From contig JAFLCQ010000002.1 in assembly GCA_017302815.1 (NCBI GenBank), positions 14,969 through 78,968 of the forward strand: 64,000 nucleotides of DNA, given 5' to 3'. Positions 1 through 8,863 of the stretch are shown here, in pieces. This DNA comes from Planctomycetota bacterium (GTDB taxonomy: Bacteria; Planctomycetota; UBA11346). The position numbers were made by a program, and so were the translations under genes. The notes beneath the pieces are model-generated. The model saw only the letters and a program-made list of their open reading frames with translations, did not search any database and had not been told where the DNA came from. Position 1 is the stretch's first letter. Each line of letters opens with the position of its first letter.

Positions 1-3000
1 GTGTAGGCCACACGATCAGCTTCGTCGTAGACCGTCCAATCCGACAGGTAGCGCTGGCCATCCACCCAGCGGCGGACTTCGTGGACGCGCTTACGGGTGT
101 CGTAGATGGTATCCGTCCGCTGCCCACCGCGCACGACGGTGACGGGCAGGTCGGTACCCTCCAGGTACGAGGTCGTGGTCGTGATCGCATCGGCGGGCTT
201 CTGGGCCCCCTCCGTCCGGCTGATCTCGCGACCGGCCTCGTCGTAGATGAAGGTGGTGCGCACACCATCGCGATCGGTCCGGGCCTTGAGCAGGTTGGCG
301 TCCGCGCCGGTGCCGAACTCGAAGGTCTCCGCGGTGTTGTTGCCATAGCGGATGCGCCAGACGCGGTTGCGCGTGTCGTAGTCGTAGTTGGTCACATGGC
401 CGCTGGCATCCTTGGACCAGTCCATGCGGCCGGCGGCATCATAATGCCATTCCTTCCGTGCGCGCACCGTCGGCAGGGCCAGATCATCGGGGGGCGATAC
501 TTCGGCATTCCGGAAGCCGCGCGGATCGTATTCGTAGTCGGTGCGCCGGCCCAGCGGGTCGATCTCCGCCAGGACCTGGCCGTCGCTCCGGTACAGCCAC
601 TCCCAGGTGGTGGCGTTGCTGTCGTCCTCGGTGACCCCGTCTTCGGCCAGGACGATGCCCTCGGTGCGGAACCGTAAATTGCCATCCTCATCATAGGTCG
701 ACCGGGTGATGATGCCGTTGGCATCCTGGTGGAAGGTCGGCTGGCGCATGCCGTTGTAGAGCGTCTTCTCGGCGCTGAGGGTGGAGCCGTCCGCGGCGAC
801 GTTGGTGCGGCCGGTGATGGCGCCGGACGCCGGGTCACGGTCGTAGACCGTCGCGACGCCGCGCGGATCCGTCTGCTTGCCCATGCGAAGAAGGCCGTCC
901 GCCTGGTAGTCGGCAACCTTCTCCCAGGTCCAGGTCGACGGATCCGTGGTGAAGCTCCACGCGGTAGCCACGAAGGTGGCATCGGTGACGCCTTCCGTGG
1001 TATCGAGGCGATAGACGCGGCCCGTGCCGCCGATGCCGCCGCCCTCGTAGACATAGATCTTCACCTGGCTGCCGTCGCGCTCCAACCAGTTCAGATATGT
1101 TGGCTCACCGGTGGGACCGACGACACGTCGGACGCGGTTGGGGGACTGCTGCACCACCGTGCCGTCCGCCTGGGTGAAGGCGGTCTTGGTCAGGTAGACC
1201 GACTTGGTGCGGTGCGTCCCTTCGGCGCCGGCGTCCTGGTAGTCCACCACCATGCACTGGCTGGCCGCGTCCTCGCGCAGGCCGAAGGTGGATTGCGTGC
1301 CGTCCGGATAGTCGATGCGGCAGACGCCGGCGATGTCGCCGTCGTAGTGGTAGACGACGTGCTCGCCGGTGGGGTAGGTCAGGTTGGTCACGACCGGCTG
1401 GCCACAGGCCCACCCGTAAGAGAAAGTGACAGTGCGGCCACGCTGATCGATGGCGGAGGCCATTTCCAGCAGGCGTGCACGGGCGTTGCCCAGGTCGGCA
1501 TCCGATGCCGCCGCAGGGAAGGCGTAAGCAATCGACAGTGCGTTGCCGGCACGGTCGCGGATGGCGACCAGACGGCCCTGGCGATCGGCATCGCCGCCGA
1601 GGCCCGCCTGGACCAGTTCAAAGACCCACTGCGTGCCGTCATGCTGGGTCGCGACGGCGGTCACCGCGCTATCGGCGTCCACCTGGGCAGTGCCGTCCGC
1701 CGCCAGCAGACGCATACCGGCGATGGCCGAGCGCTTCTGGTCAGCAAAGGCACCCACGCCGATGCGCGTCAGCGGAATCGGGCTGGCGGCCGATGGATCC
1801 CAGATCTCGCCCGCCTCGCCGTGGTTCCACAGCGTCAACTGGATGTCGAGGTTGCTGAACACGCCCGGACCGAAGGAGCCAGGCCGCGTGAAGTCGGCGT
1901 AGCGGTGGATGCGATTGATGCGCAATTCAGTGGTGATGCCGCCGCCTGCACCAGCGCTGGCACCACACGGCCCGCAGCCGGATGCGCCGCCCGCCGACTG
2001 GAAGTCGGTGGCGGTATGGATGTGCGACAACTGGGGGTTTTCGACGCGGGAGGTCAACGGAGAAATCTGACCGATCGATACGGGGCAAGTGAAATAACCA
2101 GCTTGCGTCGGAATCTGCGCCACCGGTATATCAACAGGATCTGCTACCGCGACACGCATGCTCGATATAGCCCATGGCATCGCCCCACCCATGAATACCG
2201 ACAACTGAGCAAGGCTCGGAGGCAGGTGCGTCGGGTCGATCCATGCGTTATACCACGAATAATCATCACTTTCGCGCACATGCGGGTTGGGATAAAAGAA
2301 TTCCCCATCGTCACCACGCACCTGGTGGGTCAACATGCTCGGGATCGACCACTGATCGCGAACCGAACTCCATTGTCCACTTGGATGCGTCCGCTGAACC
2401 AATCTGGCGAAAATATGCACCGCACCGGAAAAATTGGCGTTCGGCGTAAATTCGAATTCGGCCCTGCCATCGATGACATTCGCCACCGTCCACATGCGAT
2501 GGGGCCCCATCTCGAATGGCGGCCTGACCTCGTCTCGGCTATCGACAACTTCAAGCTCGATGCCGAGTGAGCTTTCAGGATTCCAATACAAGCTACGCGT
2601 AAAACTCAATGCATTGAGCTGCGTATCCACAGCACACACCATTTTCACCGACTTCCCGGGCTCCACTACCCCGGTCGGTCCACTGACCAAACGCACACCG
2701 TCCTCGCTGATGTGAGACAACGCAAAGTCCGTTGTGGTAATGACCGTTCCATCGCTGCACTCTATACACCAGTCGACGTACGCCCATTGCATGGATTCGT
2801 CATATTCCGCCATTACTTGTTCATCCGATATAGATATCAACTGCGCCGTTCCATCAGCATGAATAACAGCACCTGTAGTCAGTATACGATCAACAATTTG
2901 TGGGCTATCGTAGTCAACGAAGTACACACCATTCTCGACATCCGAAATTACGGGACAGCGAATCCATCCCGCATTCACAATCGACACATTCGGCTGGTCC

Positions 3001-3332
3001 AACACAAAGCGGACCGAATCCGCATAATCAATTCCAACATAGAACAGACCGGTGCCTCGGAGATTTGCCGAGGCCATCAAGTTCCCATTCTTGAACCAGT
3101 ATCCCAAAGGCTCCGGGTTGGCTCCATGCGTCCGCGGAATCAGCGCCGTGTTATTGAACACTGTGTACGTCGTCGATGAATCAGCGCCAGCAATGGAACT
3201 GAAATACGGGCCCCATTGGGCAATGGGCATGCCCTGATCGTACCATGTTCTGCTCGGCGGGGACATCGGTTCTTCTGCCGAACACCATACAGCCAGCACG
3301 AGCGCACACAGACCTCTGGCGTAGCGGCTCAT
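1..3332 (-). CDS. Rhs/YD-repeat family protein, N-terminal about 1110 aa; the gene continues past the window start, so the C-terminal tip is not visible
   Basis: Codon-by-codon reverse-complement translation from the ATG at 3330-3332 shows no stop codon down to position 1. The product begins MSRYARGLCALVLAVWCSAEEP, which is signal-peptide-like. About 480 aa of unassigned domain follow, including a GCGPCGASAGAGGG stretch. Then come multiple YD repeats, for example YDEDGNLRFRTEG, EYDPRGFRN, WHYDAAGRMDW, NYDYDTRNRVWRIRYGNN, FIYDEAGREISRTEG and TIYDTRKRV. It is absent from the ORF track only because no stop codon lies inside the window. Its start overlaps the upstream stop in an ATGA configuration. 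Confidence 0.7.
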   Translation of the reverse strand, partial: MSRYARGLCALVLAVWCSAEEPMSPPSRTWYDQGMPIAQWGPYFSSIAGADSSTTYTVFNNTALIPRTHGANPEPLGYWFKNGNLMASANLRGTGLFYVGIDYADSVRFVLDQPNVSIVNAGWIRCPVISDVENGVYFVDYDSPQIVDRILTTGAVIHADGTAQLISISDEQVMAEYDESMQWAYVDWCIECSDGTVITTTDFALSHISEDGVRLVSGPTGVVEPGKSVKMVCAVDTQLNALSFTRSLYWNPESSLGIELEVVDSRDEVRPPFEMGPHRMWTVANVIDGRAEFEFTPNANFSGAVHIFARLVQRTHPSGQWSSVRDQWSIPSMLTHQVRGDDGEFFYPNPHVRESDDYSWYNAWIDPTHLPPSLAQLSVFMGGAMPWAISSMRVAVADPVDIPVAQIPTQAGYFTCPVSIGQISPLTSRVENPQLSHIHTATDFQSAGGASGCGPCGASAGAGGGITTELRINRIHRYADFTRPGSFGPGVFSNLDIQLTLWNHGEAGEIWDPSAASPIPLTRIGVGAFADQKRSAIAGMRLLAADGTAQVDADSAVTAVATQHDGTQWVFELVQAGLGGDADRQGRLVAIRDRAGNALSIAYAFPAAASDADLGNARARLLEMASAIDQRGRTVTFSYGWACGQPVVTNLTYPTGEHVVYHYDGDIAGVCRIDYPDGTQSTFGLREDAASQCMVVDYQDAGAEGTHRTKSVYLTKTAFTQADGTVVQQSPNRVRRVVGPTGEPTYLNWLERDGSQVKIYVYEGGGIGGTGRVYRLDTTEGVTDATFVATAWSFTTDPSTWTWEKVADYQADGLLRMGKQTDPRGVATVYDRDPASGAITGRTNVAADGSTLSAEKTLYNGMRQPTFHQDANGIITRSTYDEDGNLRFRTEGIVLAEDGVTEDDSNATTWEWLYRSDGQVLAEIDPLGRRTDYEYDPRGFRNAEVSPPDDLALPTVRARKEWHYDAAGRMDWSKDASGHVTNYDYDTRNRVWRIRYGNNTAETFEFGTGADANLLKARTDRDGVRTTFIYDEAGREISRTEGAQKPADAITTTTSYLEGTDLPVTVVRGGQRTDTIYDTRKRVHEVRRWVDGQRYLSDWTVYDEADRVAY

Positions 3333-6300
3333 GGCGACACTCCTTCGATCACCATACAGACAACCGCAGGGACTGCCGGCGATGCTAGGCGAACACGCGC
3401 AACGCCTAACTGGAGTATGTCACATGCCAACTCACAGACACCGACCTCAGAGCAACGTGCCGTTCCTGCTGAATCCACACCAATTCTGGCGATGTCGGGG
3501 CGATCCACGATCCAATTGATCACCATGCCGGGAGTTCCAATCACGCGCACGTGCGCCACGGATCCCGTCGTTGATGTCACGCGGCCTGAACCCTCAATGC
3601 GTAGAGGCGTGACTGCGTTAGGAGGAACGCCGGATTCCCACACGCGTTCAGGCACATGCACGCTTGTATACGCCGTGCGATACGCGAAATCCTCAGCCCA
3701 CCGCACCGCATCGAACGACTCTTTCGGCTGCCGCCACAATGGCGATCGCCGTTCAGTGAAGGTCGGTGGCGGATCGGCAATGCCCGGAATCGTGATGGCA
3801 ACCTGCGCAGCGTCAGCATGCACCACAGCGCCGGTGGCGACGGCCAGACGCATGCTGGCCCGCACCGTGAGCCGATCTGGCGCACCGCTTTGAGCCTGCA
3901 GGGTGACGACCCCCTCGTGCTGCCCAGCCGGAATGACCGCAGTCGTAGCAGACAGGATCAGATCGGTCCCGAAGACAGCCGTACCATCGATCGGCTGCAG
4001 GGTAACCGCGACATCCTGGGCAGCAGCATCCGACAGACGGATGGCCACCGGGACCGCACCGGCCGATACCGACACCACCAGACTGGCCGTCGTGAACCCG
4101 ACCGTCGGCGTCACCGTCCAGGAACCGCTAGCAATGGCACTCGGTGTCCACCCAGCGCGTGTCGCCTGCGCTCGTATGGTGGCGCTGCGGGTCAACGTGA
4201 TGGGCAGCGCCGGAGAAGCGTCGGTCGGATCGCTGCCATCCGTCGTCGCATGGATGCTGGCGCCGGGCGTCGCGCTGGTGGCCTGCACCGTCACAGTCCC
4301 GATGACCGATCCGGCCGCCGGTGTCAGCACCGGGGTCGCCACCTGGAAGACATAGTCGACCGCCAACGGGGCGCTGGTCAGCCAGCCCGGCGCCGTGGTC
4401 ACCGCCCGCAGACTGAGGCTGTGATCGAGGTGGATGGGACCGGTCGCAGTCAGCGCACCAGCCTGCGTCGGGTCGCTGTCATCCAGGGTGTAGCGGATGA
4501 CAGCGCCAGGAACGCTGGAGCCCAGCGTCACGTCCTGCTCCTGCGACCAGGGGCCAGCCGCGACATCGGCCACCGGCACGGAGGCCTGGAACTGGTACGT
4601 GGCCTCCGCCACCGGGCTGCTGCTCCAGCCGTCACGGACGGCGATGACGCGCAGGGCCGTCGCCTGCGCCACCGGCAGGCCGGTGTCCGGCCAGACCAGG
4701 CTGGACGAGGTCGGCAGGCTGCCGTCCGTGGTGTAGCGCCCCGTGGCGCCGGCCGGCAGAGCCGCAGTCACCTGGAGCGGTGCCGCGTAGGTGCCCGTCG
4801 CCGGCGTGAGGGTCAGGGCCGGCAGGCCCAGCACGTAGGTCGCCTGCGTCGGAGCCGAGTCGGTCCAACCGGCGGCCCATGACCGTACGGTCAGGGTCTG
4901 GGTGCGGTCGATGGCGATCGGACCGCTCACGTCCGCAGCGGTCGCCGAGGTCATGGGATCCGTGCCGTCGCGGGTGAAGCGCGCCTGGGCGCCCGCCTGC
5001 ACCTGGACCTGCACCTGCTGCACGCTGGCGAAGCTGCCTGCAGCGAGGTCGAGCACCGGCGCGGCAACCGTCAGTACATAGTCCGCCCGCATGACCGGGC
5101 TGTCGGCCCAGTCATCACACATCGCCACCGCCCGCAGCTCGCAGGAGCCCGGCAGCGGGATCGCACCGGTGGCGGCCGGACTGGCAGCAGTGGGCACCGT
5201 GCCATCGAGGGTATAGCGGATCGCCACGTCGGGGGTCGCACAGGCCAGGATCACCTGCTGGGGACCGGTGTAGGCGCCTGCCGGCAGCGATGCGGTCGGC
5301 AGCTCGGGCTGGAGGGTCCAGACGGTGGTCACGATGCCGCTGGGATCCCAGCCGGCACGGACCGCCTGCATCGTGAGGCGGGTCGAACGGGTGATCGCCA
5401 GCGGCCCCGTCACCACCGGGCTGTCGGCGGTGGGAGCCGTACCATCCAGGGTGTAGCGAACCGTGGACCCAGGCGGAATCGCCACCGTCGCAGCGAAGGC
5501 CGCGTGGGCGGTCTGGCTAGTCGGGGTGACTGCGGGTTCGGGCACCTGCAACTGGTAGGTGGCGGATGCCGGAGCGCTCGGCGTCCAGCCGTCACGGAAC
5601 CCGCGCACGCGCAGGGTGGCACTGGCCGCGATCGCCACACCGGCGCCAGGCAGCTGCGGATCGTCGCTGCTCGGATCCGTGCCATCCAACCGATAGCGCA
5701 GGACGGCATCGGGAGTGGCCGTGGTCGCCGTCGCCGGGAACTCGGCGCGATAGAGGCCACCCGCCGGGGTGATCACCGGTGTCGCGACCTGCTGCGTCTG
5801 GCCCTGGATCACATAGCGCGCCGCGAGGACGCCGCTGGGGAAGACGGCCGGCAGGCGGACCTGGAAACGCCAGACCCGGACCGTCACCGTGCCGCCGAAG
5901 GCACGCGCGTAGACCGTCGTTGTCGATGCGACCTGGATGGGAGCGACATAGCGCGGCGAGCGCTCGGTGGGCTCGGAGCCATCCAGGGTATAGCGGATGG
6001 CGGCGCCCGGCGTGGCGCAGGACAGCGCCACCGCGATCGGGGCGGCATAGGTACCGGCGGCCGGGGTGGCCAGGGGACGTGCGGGTACCAGGATCCCACC
6101 CACGTCATAGGTGCCGCTGGCCTGGCGGACGACCGACCCAGCCGCGGATACGACGGCGACCTGCACCTGGGTCGGATCGGTCACCAGAATCGGGCCGGTG
6201 ACCGGCCAGGATGCAGCCGTCGGAGCGCTGCCGTCCACCGTATGCACCAGGCGCTCGCCGGTAGCGAGGCGCGTCACCGGCACGACAGGCACCACCGTGC

Positions 6301-6412
6301 CGTAGGTGCCGGATGGCGGCAGCAGGGCGATGCCGGCACCAGGTCCGCATTCACCTGCCGTGATGGGCCCCACCAGTCCCAGACAGGCGAGGACGACGGT
6401 GATCCATCTCAT
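3329..6412 (-). CDS. Secreted protein with eight tandem CHB_HEX_C-like (chitobiase/hexosaminidase C-terminal, Fn3-like) repeats and a Calx-beta-like C-terminal region
   Basis: Track ORF 3329..6862. The likely start is the internal Met in MRWITVVLACLGLVGPITAGE, a signal peptide, at 6410-6412. Eight roughly 85-aa repeats carry the signature G(T/A)Y..P..V.L.....GA.IRYTLDG(S/T).PT. The C-terminal segment AVTLQPIDGTAVFGTDLILSATTAVIPAGQHEGVVTLQAQSG is Calx-beta-like. The stop TGA at 3329-3331 overlaps the ATG of the downstream Rhs gene at 3330-3332. Confidence 0.7.
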   Translation of the reverse strand: MRWITVVLACLGLVGPITAGECGPGAGIALLPPSGTYGTVVPVVPVTRLATGERLVHTVDGSAPTAASWPVTGPILVTDPTQVQVAVVSAAGSVVRQASGTYDVGGILVPARPLATPAAGTYAAPIAVALSCATPGAAIRYTLDGSEPTERSPRYVAPIQVASTTTVYARAFGGTVTVRVWRFQVRLPAVFPSGVLAARYVIQGQTQQVATPVITPAGGLYRAEFPATATTATPDAVLRYRLDGTDPSSDDPQLPGAGVAIAASATLRVRGFRDGWTPSAPASATYQLQVPEPAVTPTSQTAHAAFAATVAIPPGSTVRYTLDGTAPTADSPVVTGPLAITRSTRLTMQAVRAGWDPSGIVTTVWTLQPELPTASLPAGAYTGPQQVILACATPDVAIRYTLDGTVPTAASPAATGAIPLPGSCELRAVAMCDDWADSPVMRADYVLTVAAPVLDLAAGSFASVQQVQVQVQAGAQARFTRDGTDPMTSATAADVSGPIAIDRTQTLTVRSWAAGWTDSAPTQATYVLGLPALTLTPATGTYAAPLQVTAALPAGATGRYTTDGSLPTSSSLVWPDTGLPVAQATALRVIAVRDGWSSSPVAEATYQFQASVPVADVAAGPWSQEQDVTLGSSVPGAVIRYTLDDSDPTQAGALTATGPIHLDHSLSLRAVTTAPGWLTSAPLAVDYVFQVATPVLTPAAGSVIGTVTVQATSATPGASIHATTDGSDPTDASPALPITLTRSATIRAQATRAGWTPSAIASGSWTVTPTVGFTTASLVVSVSAGAVPVAIRLSDAAAQDVAVTLQPIDGTAVFGTDLILSATTAVIPAGQHEGVVTLQAQSGAPDRLTVRASMRLAVATGAVVHADAAQVAITIPGIADPPPTFTERRSPLWRQPKESFDAVRWAEDFAYRTAYTSVHVPERVWESGVPPNAVTPLRIEGSGRVTSTTGSVAHVRVIGTPGMVINWIVDRPDIARIGVDSAGTARCSEVGVCELACDILQLGVARVRLASPAVPAVVCMVIEGVSP
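4100..6350 (-). repeat. Eight in-frame tandem coding repeats of about 255-260 bp each encoding CHB_HEX_C-like modules (approximate bounds)
   Basis: The protein-level repeats each end in IRYTLDG(S/T).PT or a close variant (RYRLDGTDPS, RYTTDGSLPT, IHATTDGSDPT). The bounds are estimated from protein coordinates and are not exact. Confidence 0.55.
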
Positions 6413-6897
6413 GGCTTGGCCTCGACCGCAGGCGCCGGAGCCGGCGCGGGCATCGGGCGGGCGGCAGCGGCCTGCCGCTCGGCGCGGATCGCCTGCAGGC
6501 GGGCCTGCAATGCCGCCGCCTGGGCGGGATCGGTGGCAACCGCCGATGGCAGCCGCATGTCGGCCGAGCCCGGGTTGGCCATGCGCTCCAGCAGGAGGAC
6601 CTGCTTGCCGTCCTGAGCCAGGACGCCGACGACATGGAAGCCCTGTGCCGCCAGGGCCGCCCAGGCCGCGAGACCGGCAGGATCCCCAGGGGTGATCACC
6701 AGGCTGTCCACCTCGTAGCCCGGCTGCGGACGGCCCAGCATCATATTGCCAGCAGGACGGCTGACCGGGCCACTCGGAGGGCTCGCCTTCGGCGGTTCGA
6801 ATCCGGGCGCCGGCTTGATGGTCGCACCACCCTCTGCGGCATAGCCGGACACGACGGCGCACAGGGCAAGCAATAGGATACGCCTAGACATGTTCAT
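6409..6897 (-). CDS. Small secreted Ala/Pro-rich hypothetical protein (162 aa)
   Basis: Track ORF. The N-terminus MNMSRRILLLALCAVVSGYAAEG is signal-peptide-like. The C-terminus is Ala/Pro-rich with a PMPAPAPAPA stretch. The stop at 6409-6411 overlaps the downstream ATG at 6410-6412 (ATGA). It is first in a three-gene minus-strand operon. Confidence 0.5.
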   Translation of the reverse strand: MNMSRRILLLALCAVVSGYAAEGGATIKPAPGFEPPKASPPSGPVSRPAGNMMLGRPQPGYEVDSLVITPGDPAGLAAWAALAAQGFHVVGVLAQDGKQVLLLERMANPGSADMRLPSAVATDPAQAAALQARLQAIRAERQAAAARPMPAPAPAPAVEAKP

Positions 6898-7060
6898 CGC
6901 TCCTACGAGGGGGCTGGCACCCTAGGGAGACCCCCTGTCCCGACAAGGCGGGGTCACTGTTCAAATCCGGGGCACTCGGAGCGAAATTGTTTCAACTGAT
7001 GCAACCTGGACACCGTTGCCCCTTGTCGGCGCGGAGCCGCCCCCGACACCGCACCGGCAC

Positions 7061-8266
7061 ATGCGACCGCTGCTGGCCCTGTGGATCCTCCTGAGCCTGC
7101 TGCCGGGGGCGGAACCGGGCATCAACCCCCGCCTGCAACGCCTCGATCTGCACGCCGACCAGGTGGCGGAGGTGGCGTTCACCCTGGCGCTGCCTGCGCA
7201 GACATCGGTCAGTGCCGTCGTCGCCAACTGCGCCTGCATCCGCACCCTGACCACACTGCCGATCCAAGCCGACGCCACAGGTGCGGCCAGCATCCGCCTG
7301 CGCGTCACCGGCATGCGCCCCGGCATGGAAGACATCCTGGTCGCCACCAGTGCGGGCATTCTGCGGGCCCAGGTACAGATCGTCGGACCGGGGGCAGGAC
7401 GCGGCCTGGACCAGTTGCAGATCGCCATGCGCGCGGCAGCCAACCATGGCTGGCACATCCTCGCCATCGCCCATGACCTCCGTGGACGCGCCCGGCACTG
7501 CGGCTGCTCCCATGGTGCACTCGGCGGTATCGGCCGCCTCGCCCAGCTGCCACGCCTGGCGACGGAATTGCAGCCGCAGGTGACGGCGTCCTGGATCCTG
7601 ACGGGTGACGTCGACGGACAGCGCACCGGCGTCGGCGCAGCATTGAGCGCTTCAGGATGGCTGCGCGCGGATCCCCGTGTGCTGGTGACCGCGGAGCCGC
7701 TGGCTGCCTTGACTGCCCCCGGCATTGTCGCGGTGATCCCCACGGTTCCGGTCGCCGCCGAGCATCGACGCCTCATCCGGCCTGTCCTGACCGACGGCAT
7801 GGCGGTCGAGATGCTGCTCGTCGATGCCGCCGGGGCCGTGCAGGCCCGCCACACGGTCCCGATCGACGACAGCATACCAGACGACGCCGCGCTAGAGCGG
7901 CGCTTCGACGATCCCCTGAGCGTCACAATCCGTACGGACGCCCAGCCGTCGACCGCGTGCGCCGGCTGCCACGCATCCGCGTTCGCTACCTGGAAACTGA
8001 GCCGCCACGCACGGGCCCTGGACAGCTTGGCGGCAACGGACCGGACCGATACCTGCATCGGATGCCATGTGACCACCACGGCGAGCGCGATCGTCGCGCC
8101 GGGGGTATCCTGTCAGTCCTGCCATACTGGCTCGGACGCCCATGTTGCCGCTGCAGGATCCGTGCGAACTACAGGGACCGTCCAGTGCCGCTCCTGTCAT
8201 GACGCCAGGCACCATCCGACCTTCACGCAGGATGCAGCGTGGCCCATGATCCAACATGGGCGGTAG
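7061..8266 (+). CDS. Secreted tetraheme c-type cytochrome domain protein
   Basis: Track ORF 7016..8266. The start is taken at the Met of MRPLLALWILLSLLPGAEPG, a signal peptide. Four CxxCH heme-binding motifs are clustered in the C-terminal 120 aa: CAGCH, CIGCH, CQSCH and CRSCH. The N-terminal roughly 270 aa have no recognised motif. The overlapping minus-strand ORF 6961..8079 is rejected because it is low-complexity and Arg/Ala/Ser-rich. Confidence 0.65.
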   Translation: MRPLLALWILLSLLPGAEPGINPRLQRLDLHADQVAEVAFTLALPAQTSVSAVVANCACIRTLTTLPIQADATGAASIRLRVTGMRPGMEDILVATSAGILRAQVQIVGPGAGRGLDQLQIAMRAAANHGWHILAIAHDLRGRARHCGCSHGALGGIGRLAQLPRLATELQPQVTASWILTGDVDGQRTGVGAALSASGWLRADPRVLVTAEPLAALTAPGIVAVIPTVPVAAEHRRLIRPVLTDGMAVEMLLVDAAGAVQARHTVPIDDSIPDDAALERRFDDPLSVTIRTDAQPSTACAGCHASAFATWKLSRHARALDSLAATDRTDTCIGCHVTTTASAIVAPGVSCQSCHTGSDAHVAAAGSVRTTGTVQCRSCHDARHHPTFTQDAAWPMIQHGR

Positions 8267-8299
8267 GCGGCACCAACCGTGCACGACCGAATATAATTG

Positions 8300-8317
8300 A
8301 GTGTCCACGTGGACACT
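8300..8317. promoter_or_regulatory. 18-bp perfect palindrome AGTGTCCACGTGGACACT, a candidate operator, immediately downstream of a TATAAT hexamer at 8292-8297
   Basis: The palindrome is perfect, with no mismatch over 18 bp and a CACGTG core. It lies 34 bp after the cytochrome stop and about 190 bp upstream of the 8504 ORF. It is not followed by a T-run, so a terminator is less likely. Confidence 0.4.
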
Positions 8318-8503
8318 GTTGCCGAAATAACTGACGAATCGTGGCAGGAACCAGCCCAAATGCTCACCGTCGTACCCAACGATGACAGCTATGGCCAGGC
8401 GCTGTCCGCCTCAACAGGTCGTGGTGGTCTGGTATCCCCAAGCCCGCTACGTACCGCCATACACGTAGTTGCCGTTGAAGATCGCCACCTACGCTGCCCA
8501 GCC

Positions 8504-8863
8504 ATGGTCCGGCCATTGCTCATCTGCACGCTCGCCTGTGCACTCTCCGCCGCACAGGCACCGACCGTCGTCTTGGATGCCAGTCAACGTATCATCCGCG
8601 TTACAGTGGAGTCCGGAGACTCCTGGAGCTACGAACGCGATGCCACAGGTCGAATATGTGTCGTCAGCATGACCGATCAGCACAAGGCACCGCTCCAGTG
8701 GTTTTGCGTGACGGCAGAGGACGGGACTGCAAGCCACGTTGTCGGACCAGAGGGCACCATTGATCCGCACGGCGGCACGATCCGCTGGGACGGATTGGCC
8801 TTGGTGCTCACTGTGCCTGGGAAGCCCGCCACGGTTCTCGTTGAAGATCCCCGATCGCTCTGA
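8504..8863 (+). CDS. Hypothetical small secreted protein (119 aa)
   Basis: Internal Met of track ORF 8297..8863. MVRPLLICTLACALSAAQAPTVVL is signal-peptide-like. Composition matches the coding strand. The palindromic candidate operator lies about 190 bp upstream. Confidence 0.35.
   Translation: MVRPLLICTLACALSAAQAPTVVLDASQRIIRVTVESGDSWSYERDATGRICVVSMTDQHKAPLQWFCVTAEDGTASHVVGPEGTIDPHGGTIRWDGLALVLTVPGKPATVLVEDPRSL

Noticed and set aside
729-2570. 613-aa plus-strand ORF, and other plus-strand ORFs in 81..3237
   Set aside because: They lie antisense to the continuous Rhs/YD reading frame. The product is low-complexity Gly/Ala/Arg/Val-rich with no motifs. This is a typical high-GC shadow ORF.
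3656-6616. Plus-strand ORFs 3656..4882 (408 aa) and 5504..6616 (370 aa)
   Set aside because: They lie antisense to the CHB_HEX_C-repeat gene. They are Arg/Gly-rich low-complexity translations.
6898-7060. Possible sigma-54 promoter (TGGCAC-like and TTGC elements) in the divergent region
   Set aside because: The spacing between the GG and GC elements is 2 nt short of the -24/-12 consensus.
6961-8079. 372-aa minus-strand ORF overlapping the cytochrome gene
   Set aside because: The plus-strand frame has a signal peptide and four CxxCH motifs. The minus frame is Arg/Ala/Ser-rich without features.
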